From Chiloscyllium plagiosum (lineage: Eukaryota): a stretch of DNA of 64,000 nt. The notes beneath the pieces were generated by a model. The model did no database searches. It saw only the letters and a program-made list of their open reading frames with translations, and was not told the origin of the DNA. A program made the position numbers and the translations under genes. Positions 51,298-63,479 of the stretch are shown piece after piece; positions within the stretch are counted from its first letter, which is position 1, and each line of letters opens with the position of its first letter. The stretch lies in NCBI RefSeq assembly GCF_004010195.1, contig NC_057718.1:18135728-18199727 (forward strand), written 5' to 3'.

Positions 51298-51960
51298 AGG
51301 TAGATAGGATAGTGAAGAAGGCGTTTGGTATGCTTTCCTTTATTGGTCAGTGAATTGAGTACAGGAGTTGGGAGGTCATGTTGCGGCTGTACATTGGTTA
51401 GGCCACTGGTGGAATATTGCGTGCAATTCTGGTCTCCTTCCTATTGGAAAGATGTTGTGAAACTTGAAAGGGTTCAGAAAAGATTTACAAGGATGTTGCC
51501 AGGGTTGGAGGATTTGAGTTATTGGGAGAGGCTGAACAGGCTGGGGCTGTTTTCCCTGGAGCGTCGGAGGCTGAGGGGTGACCTTATAGAGGTTTACAAA
51601 ATTATGAGGGGCATGGATAGGATAAATAGACAAAGTCTTTTCCCTGGGGTCGTGGCATCCAGAACTAAAGGGCTTAGGTTTAGGGTGAACGGGGAAAGAT
51701 ATAAAAGAGACCTAAGGGGCAACTTTTTCACACAGAGGGTGGTACGTGTATGGAATGAGCTGCCAGAGAAAGTGGTGGAGGCTGGAACAATTGCAACATT
51801 TAAGAGGCATTTGGATGGGTATATGAATAGGAAGGGTTTGGAGGGATATGGGCCGGGTGCTGGCAGGTGGGACTAGATTGGGTTGGGATATCTGGTCCGG
51901 CATGGACGGGTTAGACCGAAGGGTCTGTTTCCGTGCAGTACATCTCTATGACTCTATACT
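51298..51960 (+). mobile_element. HER1/CR1 LINE 3' fragment
   Basis: ORF TLVRPLVEYCVQFWSP...LERVQKRFTRML...SLERRRLRGDLIEVYKI; CTCTATGACTCTAT tail. Confidence 0.95.
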
Positions 51961-52257
51961 CTAGAATTATAAATTCCCGTGGCACAGAAAGAGGCCATTA
52001 GTACCCTTGTCACCTCTTTCAAAGAGCTATCCCCAATAGTCCCATATCCTGTCGTTCTTTCCGTAACCCTGCAATATTTTATTCTTTCAAATACTTATGT
52101 AATTAATTGCCTTTTGAGAGATTTGCTCGCATGCTCCCTATCAGGCTGTGTTTTCCAGATCATGACAACATGCTCTGTGAAAAAAATGAAAAGTCATCTC
52201 GGTTTCTCTCTGGTTCTTCTGTCAATTGTATTAAATCTGAATTCTCTGTTAAGTTAG

Positions 52258-52562
52258 CGGGTGATGTGATGACTCAGTGGTTAGCACTGCTGCCTCACAG
52301 CACTAGGAACCCAGGTTTGATTCCAGCCTTGGGTGACTGTGTGAAGTTAGCACATTCTCTTGTGTCTGTGTGGGTTTTCTCTGGATGCTCTGGTTTCCCC
52401 CATGGTCCAAAGATGTCTAGGTTAGGGGGATTGGTCGTGTTAAATTGCCCCATAGTGTTCAGGCTAGGTGGATTAGCCATAGGAGATGGGGATCTTGGTA
52501 GGGTGCCCATTAGAGGATTGGGGCAGGCTGAATGACTGCTTTCTACACTGTGGACACTCTAT
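52258..52562 (+). mobile_element. HE1-like SINE (older)
   Basis: CAGTGGTTAGCACTGCTGCCTCACAGC head and shared core. Confidence 0.85.
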
Positions 52563-52679
52563 TGCTCCTTCCTTGCTTCATCAGGACCCCTTACAATTTT
52601 GAGCACCCACATTCCATTTCCTTTATACCTTCACTGCACTGAGCAGCACAATCCCAATTTCTCAATTTTCACAGGGTTG

Positions 52680-52962
52680 ACGTTTCAATTACAAGGGGCA
52701 CCAGCTCAATGTGAGGGGCAATTTTTTTTACGCAGAGAATGGTGGGAGCCTAGAACGCACAGCCAGAAGAGGTGGTGGAAGCAGATACTTTGGCAACATT
52801 TAAGAGGCATCTGGATGGTTACATGAATAGGGAGGGAATACAAGGATATGGACCGAATATGAGCAGAACGTTTGTTTTTTGGTTTAGTTAGGGCAGGATA
52901 TTCGGCACAGGCTTGGAGGGCTGAAAGGCCTGTTCCTATGTTGGTACTTGTGTTCTTTTGTT
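52680..52962 (+). mobile_element. CR1 3' end
   Basis: TTTTTACGCAGAGAATGGTGGGAGCCTAGAACGCAC..CATTTAAGAGGCATCTGGATG..GGCCTGTTCCT. Confidence 0.8.
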
Positions 52963-53754
52963 CTCTCCGTAACATAAATCCCTCATCCCTGGTACCACAA
53001 GATCCTTGATTCAAACGCAACTTCACCTTTCCCAAATGGGTTGGCCTGCGAATGATTAGAACTGGGGCCACAGGCTTTCATCCCCATGTAAATAGCTAAT
53101 ACAAGACCTTGCTGCTTATGGAAACAGATGAATTAACAATAGCCTCAGTGAGATGGCTTTCTTTTAATTCCTTTTGGTACTGATTGCAGGCAATGAACTT
53201 CCTAACTGAAACATATGAGCATTTCTTCGAAACAAGAGGCGCGTACAATAAAAATTAGAAATAAAATCCGTTGTTAAAGGAGGAGGGAAAGAGAGAGGGG
53301 AAGGCAATTTATTAGCTCTGGAAAGTACATGTGACGGTTTTGTTGCCCAGTAACCTACAGTCATCATTCATAACCGGGACTGGTTCTCATTAACCGCACG
53401 GCGAAATTTATTTAACAAGAAAGAAATATGTTAAACACCACGTTAATGCAGTAACATGTCTCAATAATTCGGTAAAATGATGAGAAGGAATGTTATGCAG
53501 CCTATTTACCAGCACTGAGATCATATATTGCAGGAACTGCAAACTGTTCCCTGAGGAACCAGTTGAATTCCAGACCAACAATTTGCTTGTAACTATGTTG
53601 TTACTAATGCATGAAGACAGTGATTTATACTGAGAGTGATTTAATCGCACTGTCGAAACACAGATCTTTGTAATTTGTTTTTCCTGGAATTGCCAAAAAA
53701 CAAAACGCCAAAGATTCCAGGTCAAGCTGTGATGTGATGGAAACACTCAGGATC

Positions 53755-54786
53755 CTGTTCACTAACAGTCCCTGTCACACTCAGATGGCCCGTCTGAGCT
53801 GTTCACTAACACTCCTTGTCACACACAGACGGCCTGTCTGAGCTGTTCACTAACACTCCCTGTCACACGCACAGGCCCTGTCTGAGCTGTTCACTAACAC
53901 TCCCTGTCACACTCACACGGCCTGTCTGTGCTTTTCACTAACACTCCCTGTCACACTCACATGGTCTGTCTGAGCCTGTTCACTAACACTTGCTGTCACA
54001 CTCACACGGTCTGTCTGAGCATGTTCACTTACACTTCCTGTCACACTCAGACTGTCTGAGCCTGTTCACTAACACTTGCTGTCACACTCACAGGCCCTGT
54101 CTGAGCTGTTCACTAACACTCCCTGTCACACTCACAGGGTCTGTCTGAGCCTGTTCACTAACACTCCATGTCACACTCACATGATCTGTCTGAGCTGTTC
54201 ACTAACACTCCCTGTCACACTCACAGGGTCTGTCTGAGCCTGTTCACTAACACTCCCTGTCACACTCACAGGATCTGTCTGAGCTGTTCACTAACACTCC
54301 CTGTCATACTCACAGGGTCTGTCTGAGCCTGTTCACTAACACTCCCTGTCACATTCACACTGCCTGTCTGAGCTGTTCACTAACGCTCCCTGTCACTCTC
54401 ACAGGCCCTGTCTGGTCTTGTTCACTAACACTTCCTGTCACATTCACAGAGCCTGTCTGAGCTGTTCACTAACACTCCCTGTCACACTCACAAGGTCTGT
54501 CTGAGCTGTTCACTAACACTCCCTGTCACACTCAGATGCCTGTCTGAGCTGTTCACTAACATTCCCTGTCACACTCACACAGCCTGTCTGAACTGTTCAC
54601 TAACACTCCCTGTCACACTCACAAGGTCTGTCTGAGCTGTTCACTAACACTCCCTGTCACACTCACATGCCTGTCTGAGCTGTTCACTAACACTCCCTGT
54701 CACACTCACATGGCCTGTCTGAGCTGCTCACTAACACTCCCTGTCACACTCACATGGCCTGTCTGAGCTGCTCACTTACATTCCCT
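53755..54786. repeat. ~44-bp minisatellite (~23 copies), consensus about CTGTTCACTAACACTCCCTGTCACACTCACANGGCCTGTCTGAG
   Basis: Units start at 53755, 53799, 53843, 53887 and onward. Confidence 0.95.
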
Positions 54787-54788
54787 CA

Positions 54789-55760
54789 TTGTGACTATAA
54801 CAAGGTCAGCCAGGTGAACCTTACAGAATATGAGTTCCCTGATTGTGGCTGTTAACATGGTCCAATCAGGGACATATGTAAACTAGAGAATCAGGGGCTC
54901 TGCTCACTCTGAGAGCTGGCTCATTGTTAAGTACCATAGACATATAAATAAAGGTTGACTTGGTACAGATTACCAGCCTCTATGGAGAGATTTCAGTGGC
55001 AAAAAAAGTCCTGAAGAAATTCACTCACAACAGTCATCTTTGATTTGGGGTAAGCATGTCTGGCATCATGCTGTTATTTAGGAAGCTTGACTCGTTTGAC
55101 CCTGACATTGAAGATTAGGCCCAGTTTGTAGAAAAAATTTGTTATTTTCCCCAGGTAAATGACTTCAGGCAGATGAAAAGCAATGAGTAATTCTCCCGAC
55201 AGCTTGTGGACTCACAGCCTTTTTGGTTATCAGGAGCGCCGTATTTTCTGAGGCACCAGATACTAAAACCTTTCAAGATTAGTTAAGTAATATTATGACC
55301 TCAAGCCTCCTCTACTTCTGAGACGCTATTGGTTTTACTCAGCAATTTGAGGACCAGGAGAATCTATATTGGGAATTTTGAAGAGGTTAAGATGACTGGC
55401 AGAGGCATGTGACATTGGTTTGACCTATAATGAGATGCTGTGAGACTGTTTGGTACGTGGGATTAATGATGTAACCATACAAAAACACTAATCTAGCTGC
55501 AGCCCAACTGAATTTCAAACAGGCACTAGAACTGGCTTTGTCATTAGAAGGTGCAGCACATGGAACATAGCAGTTACAGGATATGCCAATGGAAGTGGAC
55601 ATCCTCGCCAGTCTGACTGAATTTGGGGAATACCATTGTTGAGAGTGTGTTGCTGGAAAAGCATCCGAGGAGCAGGAAAATCAACATTTCGGACCAGAGC
55701 CCTTCATCAGAAGGAAGTTGGGAAATACCACTTGAGTGAAGCCAATTGCATAGCCTGACT
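54789..55760 (+). mobile_element. Second Gypsy copy: 5' LTR plus degenerate gag
   Basis: LTR 54789-54995 is homologous to 30939-31152; MLLFRKLDSFDPDIED*AQFVE; RDCLVRGINDVTIQK. Confidence 0.85.
55636..55713 (-). mobile_element. Family A PLE mini-insertion with hammerhead motif and ~17-bp TSD
   Basis: Minus strand CTGATGA-AGGGCTCTGGTCC-GAAATGTT; GAA(T/G)TTGGG(G/A)AATACCA at 55619-55635 and 55714-55730. Confidence 0.75.
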
Positions 55761-56031
55761 CAGGTCGATGTGTTTGTTGATGGAGTTTGTGGATGAATGC
55801 CATGCCTCTAGGAATTCCCTGGCTGTTCTCTGTCTGGCTTGCCCTATGATAGTAGTGTTGTCCCAGTCGAGTTCATGTTGCTTGTTGTCTGCGTGTGTGG
55901 CTATTAAGGATAGATGGTCGTGTCGTTTCGTGGCTAGTTGATGTTCATGTATGCGGATTGTTAGCTGTCTTCCTGTTTGTCCTATATAGTGTTCACCTTC
56001 GTTCATCAGAACGAAGGACCCGATACCCAAC

Positions 56032-56370
56032 ATGAGCAAAACTAATGTAGTGTACAAAATACCATGCAAGGACTGCACAAAACACTGTATAGGACAAACA
56101 GGAAGACAGCTAACAATCCGCATACATGAACATCAACTAGCCACGAAACGACACGACCAGCTATCCTTAGTAGCCACACACGCAGACAACAAGCAACATG
56201 AATTCGACTGGGACAACACTACTATCATAGGGCAAGCCAGACAGAGAACAGCCAGGGAATTCCTAGAGGCATGGCATTCATACACAAACTCCATCAATAA
56301 ACACATCGACCAGGACCAAATATACCAACCACTACAGTGGACAGCTGAAACTGACAACCGGAAGCGGTAG
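56032..56370 (+). pseudogene. GIY-YIG endonuclease domain of a Penelope-like element
   Basis: VVY...(Y/C)IG-QT-R..R..EH..E motifs; the inverted copy retains HYIGQTGR. Confidence 0.85.
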
Positions 56371-56431
56371 GGACAGACCACTATAAACACCGGAGGAAAC
56401 ATCAAAGAAGCGCTTCGCAGGAGGCTCCCAA

Positions 56432-56471
56432 GCACTGATGATGTCGCCTAGCCAGGGGACGAAACGTTTGC
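56432..56471 (+). ncRNA. Minimal hammerhead ribozyme motif (family D)
   Basis: GCA-CTGATGA-T-GTCGCCT-AGCC-AGGGGAC-GAAAC-GTT-TGC: intact core with stems I and II and the ACGT palindrome. Confidence 0.75.
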
Positions 56472-56629
56472 AACAAAAACTTCCAGCTCGGCGAACAGAA
56501 CCACAACAACGAGCACCCGAGCTACAAATCTTCGCACAAACTTTGAATAATTAATACCCATAAGGAATTGTACCAATATACAAAACTGCCATTTAGGGTA
56601 TTGTCAGCTTAATTTTCAGTGGACGAATG

Positions 56630-57020
56630 AAGGATGAATCGCTGCTCAGTGATGGACAAACTCCTACCCATTTCCCGCAGTCTTTGGCCTCACCCCTTCC
56701 CCTCCCCCACAGAACTAAGTTCAGGTTCCTCACTTTCTACCCCAACATTATCTGTATTCAAAGGACTATGCTCCGTCATTTTCATCTCCTTCAGCAGGGT
56801 GCCACCACCATGTTCCCCTCTCTGGTCAGCATTCTGAAGGGACTGTTCCTGCTTTGACAATCTGGTCCATTTTTCGATCAGTCTCAACGCTTCATTCTCC
56901 TTACATGGCAATCACAGGAAAACACACCCATTTAGTGCTTCTCTCCTCATTGTAAAGGCCCCACTCACCCCTTCCAGTGATTTACTCAAATTCGCTGCTC
57001 ACAATGCTGCTCTTACAATA
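56630..57020 (+). mobile_element. Old Penelope family-A-like ORF remnant
   Basis: LTFYPNIICIQRTMLRHFHLLQ resembles LVHTYHPTNLHVQRITRRHFRHLQ at 38.4-38.5 kb. Confidence 0.6.
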
Positions 57021-58324
57021 AAAAGACATTGAACCTGTAATAAAGTTAGGAAGCCTGACTGGAAGGGAACATGGTTTATTGTTGATTGCCAAAATATAGC
57101 CACTACTCAAGGCATACAAAGGTTATTTCCAGCCTGGGTCAGACAATCCTACAGTCACTGAGTCTGCTTTTTTTATATCACATGCAACGGAATGACTTTC
57201 CCACCACCAAATCACCTGGACCTTTTCTCTTGTTTTCACGTTAACCACCACCAGTAAATCATCCGTGTAGCCAATTTGAAATTGGGGTCTGCTCTGGTTT
57301 TCTTTTTTCCATGCTACACTGAAATGCTATTGTGCACAAATGAGTGACCTTCCCACCACCAAAATCACCATGTTTTTGGACTATTATCCACTTCCAGTAA
57401 AACGTCCGTGTAGCCAATTCACTATTTTCATATGGCCAACGCAAACCATCATAATTGAAGGGGAGGTAGGGAGAGATGGAAGGGCCTACCTGAGTATCTC
57501 CCTCAAGCCCTTTTATGGTACTTAATTTAATAATTAATATTTAATCATAACCATTTAGCATCTTAGTCCCACATCTCTTTGGTTTGAGACATTTGACTGC
57601 AACAGAATTCTTAACTATTTCATGGATATGTAAGATGCCAGGGCTCCCTTGTCAGTGTCTGGGAGGTAGAAGGATGACAAGAATATCTCTGGAACATCGT
57701 CAGAAAGTAAAAGTGTACCATTGTCAGTGAGGAAATTGCCTTTTGGACCAGGATCTATAAGACATTGCCTTGAAACACTGCCTCTTGTATTTCTAAACCT
57801 TTTTTCCAAAGATAATCTTCATTCTGCAGGTGGTCTCCATCTGTATGAAGGGCTTGCTTTTCCATGATGGACTTCTGTAAGTTTAAAGGAGGATTTTTGT
57901 TCTCTTCATCGATAGTGTCTTGTTTTAAGCAGAGATTATCACTCATTTTTAATGGCTTTGAAAGTTTTCCTCAGTTAATAGTTCCCTGTGATGAAACATC
58001 TTTGTGAAACAAACACCTTTACTTGCTCCATCCTTGCCTCTCCTTTTGTTATAGCAGTTCCGTGAGATAATTGGCTGTCTGTGGATAGAGGATTTCTGGA
58101 AATCTATTTTAACCTGATCTCACAATGCACCTCTGAGTAGTTGGGTTTTTAGGTCTGTTTTGTCTCTTTGAGTTCGACCACTCCAACTCTTGTTCATTTT
58201 GCATCCATTTGAGCTCTTTTTTATGTTCAATTTTTGTCAAAGCCTTCTGTTCCTCTAGAAGTTCTATAGTCTGGTAATTTTGTTCTTTGCTGAAAGAAAG
58301 TTTGAGAGAGCTTTACGAAATGCT

Positions 58325-58525
58325 TGAGTTGGTTAGTTCAGTAACCAGATGGCTAGCCTACAGTACAGAGTAACATCAGCAACATTGGTTCAATTCCTGT
58401 GCTGTCTGAATTAAGCAGAGGTCCCTCTTTTCAACCTGTCCCTTCACCTGAGTTGCGGTGACCCTCAGGTTAAACTACAAACAGTTGTCTCCCTAATGAG
58501 AGGGTAGGACTACAGTGACTTTACC
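58325..58525 (+). mobile_element. tRNA-derived SINE of another family (decayed)
   Basis: TTAGTTCAGT A-box-like, GGTTCAATTCC B box, GGTGACCCTCAGGTTAAACTAC body. Confidence 0.5.
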
Positions 58526-60006
58526 TATATCATTATATTTCAAATTTGGTTTTAGTAAAAACACAGGAGTTCATGCAAAAGAGAGAAACCAAAAAAAGGG
58601 CTATCTACATATAAGGCAGGTCAAACAGGTGGCAAAACAAAATCCCAGCTATTTCCCAAACCTATTACTTTACAGTTGCAATGATTTCCAGAAAATCTTT
58701 CCTTCCCTGTCCAATCTGCTTGTTCTCAGTTCTGATTCCCTGAGCAATCCCTTTGACTACTCACCCACTGAGAGATTACACGGAGTCCTTTGACAGTCTG
58801 CTGAGTGCCAACCAAGCACTCCTGATCTGGAAGTTTTCACAAACTACAACTCTGAACTTTTTAACTTACTTCCTTAACTATTCAGAACAAGCAACTTTTT
58901 CTAGGAAAAAATATTCTTACATCTGATTTTAACCAGGTCTCCTATGAACTGAATTCAATGGCTTTTAACCAAATTTTAAAAAAAAACTTGCTCACTGTAT
59001 CTTCTGCTAAGCAAATGGTTTATTTGTTTTGTTCTTCTGTTGTAAAGCCCCATGATACAAATAGACTTCCATTAATTAGCCAAAAAGCCTTCGATCATCT
59101 TTGCAATGACGCATCCTGGTTTAAAATTACCATTCTGAAGAAACTGGCTTTGTTAATTATTAAACTGTTTCACTCAAATCCATATGCCATTAATTTAAAA
59201 TCTAAACCCCAGAAATAATTGTATTAATATATATAAATCTCACACCCTTCATCATGGTAGTTTGTTTCGCTATACCACGTCAGGCGAGAATGATACCAGG
59301 ACTATTGCCGGTTGCATATGTAACAAGGCTTCAACTTTGTCTGGCTTTGCATTTGAGGAATGAAGCAGTACTGCATCTGTTAAAACATCATCTCCTTTGT
59401 AACCATTACATGGCTTATTTAGGGCCTTCCACATTCTCCATAGGGTCTGGTAAAGGTAATGTTTTCTCAATTATCAGTGTATTTGATTTGTAGTCTAATG
59501 CAAAGAGAATGTTTGTTTCTGTAGTCACCTGTGCTTTATCAGATTTTATGCAGGCTGTTTTCAGTCTGTGATTCATTGCCTTCTTCACATCTCTTACATG
59601 GTTATCACTTTCTGATCCAAAGGAATTGCGGCCAGTTTAATTTTTCTTGTTACTTGCTGTGTTTTCTGCTGTTTGCCTACCCCTGCACCTTTTCATCTGA
59701 TGCACAGGCCTTCTCTCTACCTTGCTTGGTGCCCAGATGGGTCCTGACTTCTGTCATTCTTCACTCCCTGTTGCCACTGAGCTTCTCTTCTGGTATTTGC
59801 CCCATTTTGGGGTTGGCTAGGCTGGTCTTCTGACTTACCAGGTAATATTGTCACAGGAATTCACCAGGAATTCTTAATACCTCTTGTCTCTAGTTCCATG
59901 TGTCCAGTCACTGATCATACTATGTAAAAATATGATATCTACATACTTGTGAGTTTCTTTTATTCAATAAGGGATGTGGGCATCTCTGGCTAGGCTGGCA
60001 TTTATT

Positions 60007-60140
60007 GGGTAAAAACAATGACTGCAGATGCTGGAAACCAGATTCTGGAGTAGAGTGGTGCTGGAAAAGCACAGCAGTTCAGGTAGCATCCAAGGAGCAG
60101 GAAAATCCGACGTTTCGGGCAAAAGCCCTTCATCAGGAAT
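60007..60140 (-). mobile_element. Single-arm family A PLE mini-element
   Basis: Near-identical to 1-114; the boundary lies 4 nt 5' of the hammerhead core. Confidence 0.9.
60105..60140 (-). ncRNA. Intact minimal hammerhead ribozyme motif (family A)
   Basis: ATTC-CTGATGA-A-GGGC-TTTT-GCCC-GAAAC-GTC-GGAT; stem I ATTC/GGAT pairs with one G-U; GUC cleavage triplet. Confidence 0.8.
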
Positions 60141-61862
60141 ATCCCTAATTGGCCAGTTGTGGGTCAACCACATTGCTGTGGATCAAGAGTCACAGACCAA
60201 GTAAAGAGGACAGATTTCCTTCCCTAAAAGGCATTAGTGAAACAGATTGACAACAGTTTCTTGGTCATTATTAAACTCTTAATTTCAGATTTTTATTGAA
60301 TTCAAATGCCACCATGGTGGGAATCAAACCCAGGTCCCTAGAACATTACCGAGGTCTCTGGATTAACAGTCCAATGTTCATATCACTAGACCATCACTTT
60401 CCCCATGAATGTTAGCAGGCTTTATAACAAATAACAATTTACACGGTAGGGTAAGGGAAGATTTATCAATGAAGCCTTACAAACTCGGCCTCCAATTCCA
60501 TTTGATCAATGTCACTATGGCATAGCTCCATTTGCACATGCTTAATAACTAGACCTAACACAATTAACCCTTTACACTACAGTAAATTTAAATTCAATAA
60601 TTAATTGAAGTGCTGAATGTTAAACTCATCTCAGCAATTGTGGCCATGTCAGATTGTCCGTGATAAACCCATTGGGTTTACATTCAACAAGCAAATCAGC
60701 TGGCCTTACCTCTGCCTGGCCAATATGTGACTCTTTAATGCTCCCTGAAATGAGTAAGCCACTCAGTTGTATTCAGGGAGACAGCTCACTGCTCACTACT
60801 TTCTCAAGGGCAATGGGGCCTAGGAATTAATACCAACAATCGATGAATGAATGAGAAAAGTACACTGCGTTGATAGGGTTAGTGTTACCCTTACTGAATT
60901 AAATGTTACAATTTAAAATTGTTGGCACACAGCTTCTTGTGACAGAAATGAATTATAGATTCGAGCCAAGTTTGATTCTTTGTCTGACTAAAATTATTTG
61001 CTGTCATAAATCCTGCCTTAATGGTCATTTAGTATAATATTTAATCTGTCAGAGTGGGACTGTGCTAGACAGGTTACGTGTCTCATTTTTTTATAATGGG
61101 GATGCAATTTTACAGCAATCAGAGAGTGTTGGGCAGTCAATGAACCAAGAAGATTGCGTGTAATTGCACTCCTGGGTCCAGACAGAAAAAAATACCCTCT
61201 TTCCTCTTTGGGCCTGTTACCTATGACTGTCCTAACCCAAAGGATGGTCCTGGAGGATAAGTCATGGCAGTTTTCCCTTGCAGGTCAAGAGTTAAAGTTG
61301 AAGCCTGTCTACTTAAAGAGGAAAATTTTTGCGTTCAGAAGATCAGCTTTCGTTTGCCATGTTGGGATCATTGTGGGATTACATTGGAGAGAGGGCATAG
61401 AGAGTAGGCCATAGACTCAGCCAGTCCCTGCTGGTGCTGTCACACACCTCAAGCCTCTTCCTCCATCCACATCTACCATTGTAATCCTCCTTTCTCTCCA
61501 TCTTCCCTTTTAATCAGTCAATACTATTTGCTTCACCATTCTGTGGGTATTCTCACTGCTGAACGTTCTTCTTAATTCCCTGAGTTGAGGCGTCTCAAGG
61601 GAGGGTCGGGAAGGAGTGCACTTTATATGTAGCAAAACAGAGAAAGTCGTGGAAATTCCCTTTCCTCAGCTCTGTCCTTCCTCTGCTGCTTTCTGCTTCC
61701 TGTTGCTGTCAACGATTTGCTGAAGGAGCAATGGGACTTTAACTGGGCTGGCTTTTCATTAAGGAAACCCTGACTGTAGCTTTGACCTTTATGTACACCT
61801 TACTGACTTAAGGAGCTTTCATCCCTTGTTCTCATCTTGTGTTTATTGTCAATTGATAGACT

Positions 61863-62222
61863 GGGTAGCTTAATGGTTAGCACTGCTGCCACACAGCACC
61901 AGGAACCCAACTTCAAACCCAGCCTCAAGCACGTGTCTCTGTGTAGTTTGCACATTCACCCCTTGTTTGTGTGGGTTTCTGCCAGGTGCTCTGGTTTCCT
62001 CTCACAGTCCAAACATGTACAGGTTAGATGGATTGGCCATGTAAATTGTCCCTAGTGTCCAGGGATATATAGGTAACGTGGATTAGCCATAGGAAATGCG
62101 GGATTACAGATCAGGGGGTGAGAGAGTGGGTGGAGCTGGGGTCTAGGTAGTTCTGTTCAGAGAGTCGGTGCAGACCCGATGGGCCAAATGGCCTGCTTCC
62201 ACACTGTAGAGATTCTATGACT
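61863..62222 (+). mobile_element. HE1-like SINE (older)
   Basis: TGGTTAGCACTGCTGCCACACAGC head; GATTCTATGA tail. Confidence 0.85.
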
Positions 62223-63479
62223 TTCCTTTCTGGCAGCCACCATAAAACAGGGATAAAAACATCACCATAATTAGCATCTCAGCGACAAGAGGAGCAAAAT
62301 ATAGTGGAGTGTCATTGTAGCATTGAGCTCCCTGTGAGTTTGGCTCTGCCGACCTGCCAAGCTATTGGCTGCTAGTTAGTGGCTGAGATGCAGCTCTGCC
62401 CATCTGGTTTCTTGGTGCTATCTCACTCTGACATTCACTGATTATCTAAAGCTAGTAACCAGCCAGAAATAAAGTACTGTTCATGCACTGACAGAACAAT
62501 GCAGGATCATGGTGTGGAGGCTTTTTGATGGCATGCAATGGTATTCTATTGGAATGATTTATGTTCTGATTCTGGGAGACCAGGCTTCCATGTGCAGGCT
62601 CCCAACATTACATTAATAAATCCAACAGCCTTATCGCTAAATAGTAGTCCCTGTTTTTGTGTCTGACATTCAAGTTAAAGAGAGAGGTTTCCAATGAACT
62701 CCTGGTTCTATCTATTGGATTCTGGATTCCTATGTCTGCGGTTGACCTTAGTTGTGTTAAACACCTTTGCTAACATGTTTTTCAGGTGATTATTATGTAT
62801 TCAAAATAAAATGTGTCTTTGAAAAACACACTGAGACAAAACACAAAGTCCCACTTTTTCTAAAGATAAAATACTACCCCAAGCAAATACAAATAGTTGT
62901 ACATAGAGGATGCTGTCAATTTGAAACTTAATGAATAGGTAAAACAGTTTACAAGATTAACAATCCAATTTTCAATGTCACGCTTTGGAAGTCCGACAAC
63001 TCATCCTGATCTGGTGATCATATATCCATCTGGAGAGGTACCTGTTGTTTTCTTGTTGCACTCAGTTGACTTTCTGCTGATTACCATCATTCAACAATAT
63101 TACACAATCACTATCCATGTTGGATAATACCGGAACTGGGCATGGCCCTGGCAGCTAAAAGGATCAAGGAGTGAAGAGAGAAAGCGGGAGTGGGATAGTG
63201 ACATTGCATGATCAGCCATGATCATATTGAATGGTAGTTCAGGCTTGAATGCCTGCTCGTGCATGTATTTTCGATGTACTTCCTAACCCTCTTGATGCAT
63301 GACTGGTGTGCTATATGTTGCTCTGGCCTTGGTTCCTTCACAATGTGGCACTGTCATTAGTAGCCAGTTAATACGATCTGGGCTGGCTGCATTTTTCAGA
63401 AACCTTTGTTGGTATCGAAGTCTTTGTATTTGTTCTCAGAGCTTGTACTTTTCACTCATCTCTGTACCCTGCAGTCTGC

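Larger units (their letters stand above)
55762..56547 (+). mobile_element. Penelope (Poseidon-like, family D) 3' end with GIY-YIG endonuclease and 5' inversion
   Basis: ORF 56032-56370 NVVYKIPCKDC..CIGQTGRQLTIRIHEH..REFLEAWH; 55762-55993 is an inverted copy of 56081-56312. Confidence 0.9.
59955..60405 (-). mobile_element. Family-2 tRNA SINE with a PLE mini-insertion in its tail
   Basis: Reverse complement matches 1294-1612; interrupted between CATTTATTG and ATCCCTAATTG. Confidence 0.85.

Noticed and set aside
53755..54786. CRISPR-like regular repeat array
   Set aside because: Units are contiguous with no unique spacers, there are no cas genes, and the context is vertebrate; it is a minisatellite.
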